Source: Malacoraja senta (Eukaryota). From it: DNA of 64,000 nt. Under the pieces are notes generated by a model, which made no database searches, was not told the DNA's origin, and worked only from the letters and a program-made list of their open reading frames with translations. Of this stretch, positions 1-64,000 are shown in pieces. Positions within the stretch are counted from its first letter, which is position 1, and the number at the start of each line of letters is the position of its first letter. The translations under genes were made by a program, and so were the position numbers. The stretch lies in assembly GCA_038087875.1 (NCBI GenBank), contig CM075994.1:4094001-4158000 (forward strand). Direction: 5' to 3'.

Positions 1-45
1 ATTCAATTCAATTCAATTCAATTCAATTCAATTCAATTCAATTCA
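1..45. repeat. (ATTCA)n microsatellite, probably the tail of a minus-strand LINE remnant
   Basis: 9 perfect ATTCA units followed by ctttattcgtcccc. Confidence 0.85.
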
Positions 46-677
46 AAGCACTTTATTCGTCCCCGAGGGGCAATTTAAAGGGCGCATTACAGTAGCTTTA
101 AATTTTTTTTAATAATAATAATAATAATAATAAAAAAAATTAAAAATAATAAATTAAAAAAAAATATTGGACGTAAGACACTGAAAACAAGAACAATATG
201 GGTTTAATAACATTGTCAGATGGATGTCAACCGATGTTAAATCCTGCTCCTAATTTTCGGTTGAATTCGGTCCAACATATAAACGTGAACGCAAACACAT
301 AGATTCATTAGCGTTTAGCGATTGTCCGCTCTGCGGGCTCCGTTCACAGTGACCATTCAGTGACATAATTCATACTAATGTAAATGCGCTCAGCCAAGAA
401 ACGCTCACCCGTGCAGGGAAAATCGATCAACCAAAAGGACGGCAATCTGTCCCTAATTGTTGATATCCCTAAATGTGAAGTCTACTTATCAGTCAATGGA
501 TATTGATATTCAGCGGAATTTAAAGGAAAATTTGCAGCCGTTCAGTTTTACTTTCAGTTTCCGGCGACAATTTCAGATTAGAAATTGATCGCATGCTTCG
601 TGATTAGAAATATATGTACCACACAAACATTTCAAGACAATTTTCATGAACTTTATACTGCATTTTTTGTAACTCAG

Positions 678-63992
<63,315 letters not shown>

Positions 63993-64000
63993 GTAAGGCA

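Overview
Eukaryotic, repeat-rich vertebrate DNA, probably from a cartilaginous fish (inferred from HE1-like SINEs and the CR1 families; not verified). Almost all long ORFs in the track are transposon-derived or microsatellite artefacts. Transposons: five CR1 LINE copies, a very young full-length Gypsy element (identical 204-bp LTRs, ATAAC TSD) nested in an internally deleted HERO-like element, two decayed Gypsy elements, a Penelope element, Rex-like LINE fragments, a non-autonomous hAT with an 8-bp TSD, and SINEs. The main signal is invisible to the ORF track: at least 34 plus-strand micro-exons (12, 24, 27 or 36 nt, AG|exon|GT, one GC donor) run across the whole window. All are multiples of 3 in the same phase (1-1) and splice into about 317 stop-free codons of a charged, heptad-patterned coiled-coil protein built from duplicated exon modules. 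The gene extends beyond both window ends and no diagnostic domain is visible, so I cannot name it. Several apparently dead micro-exons, a CR1 insertion that seems to split one exon, and inverted repeats around exons suggest ongoing exon birth and death. All coordinates were read by eye.
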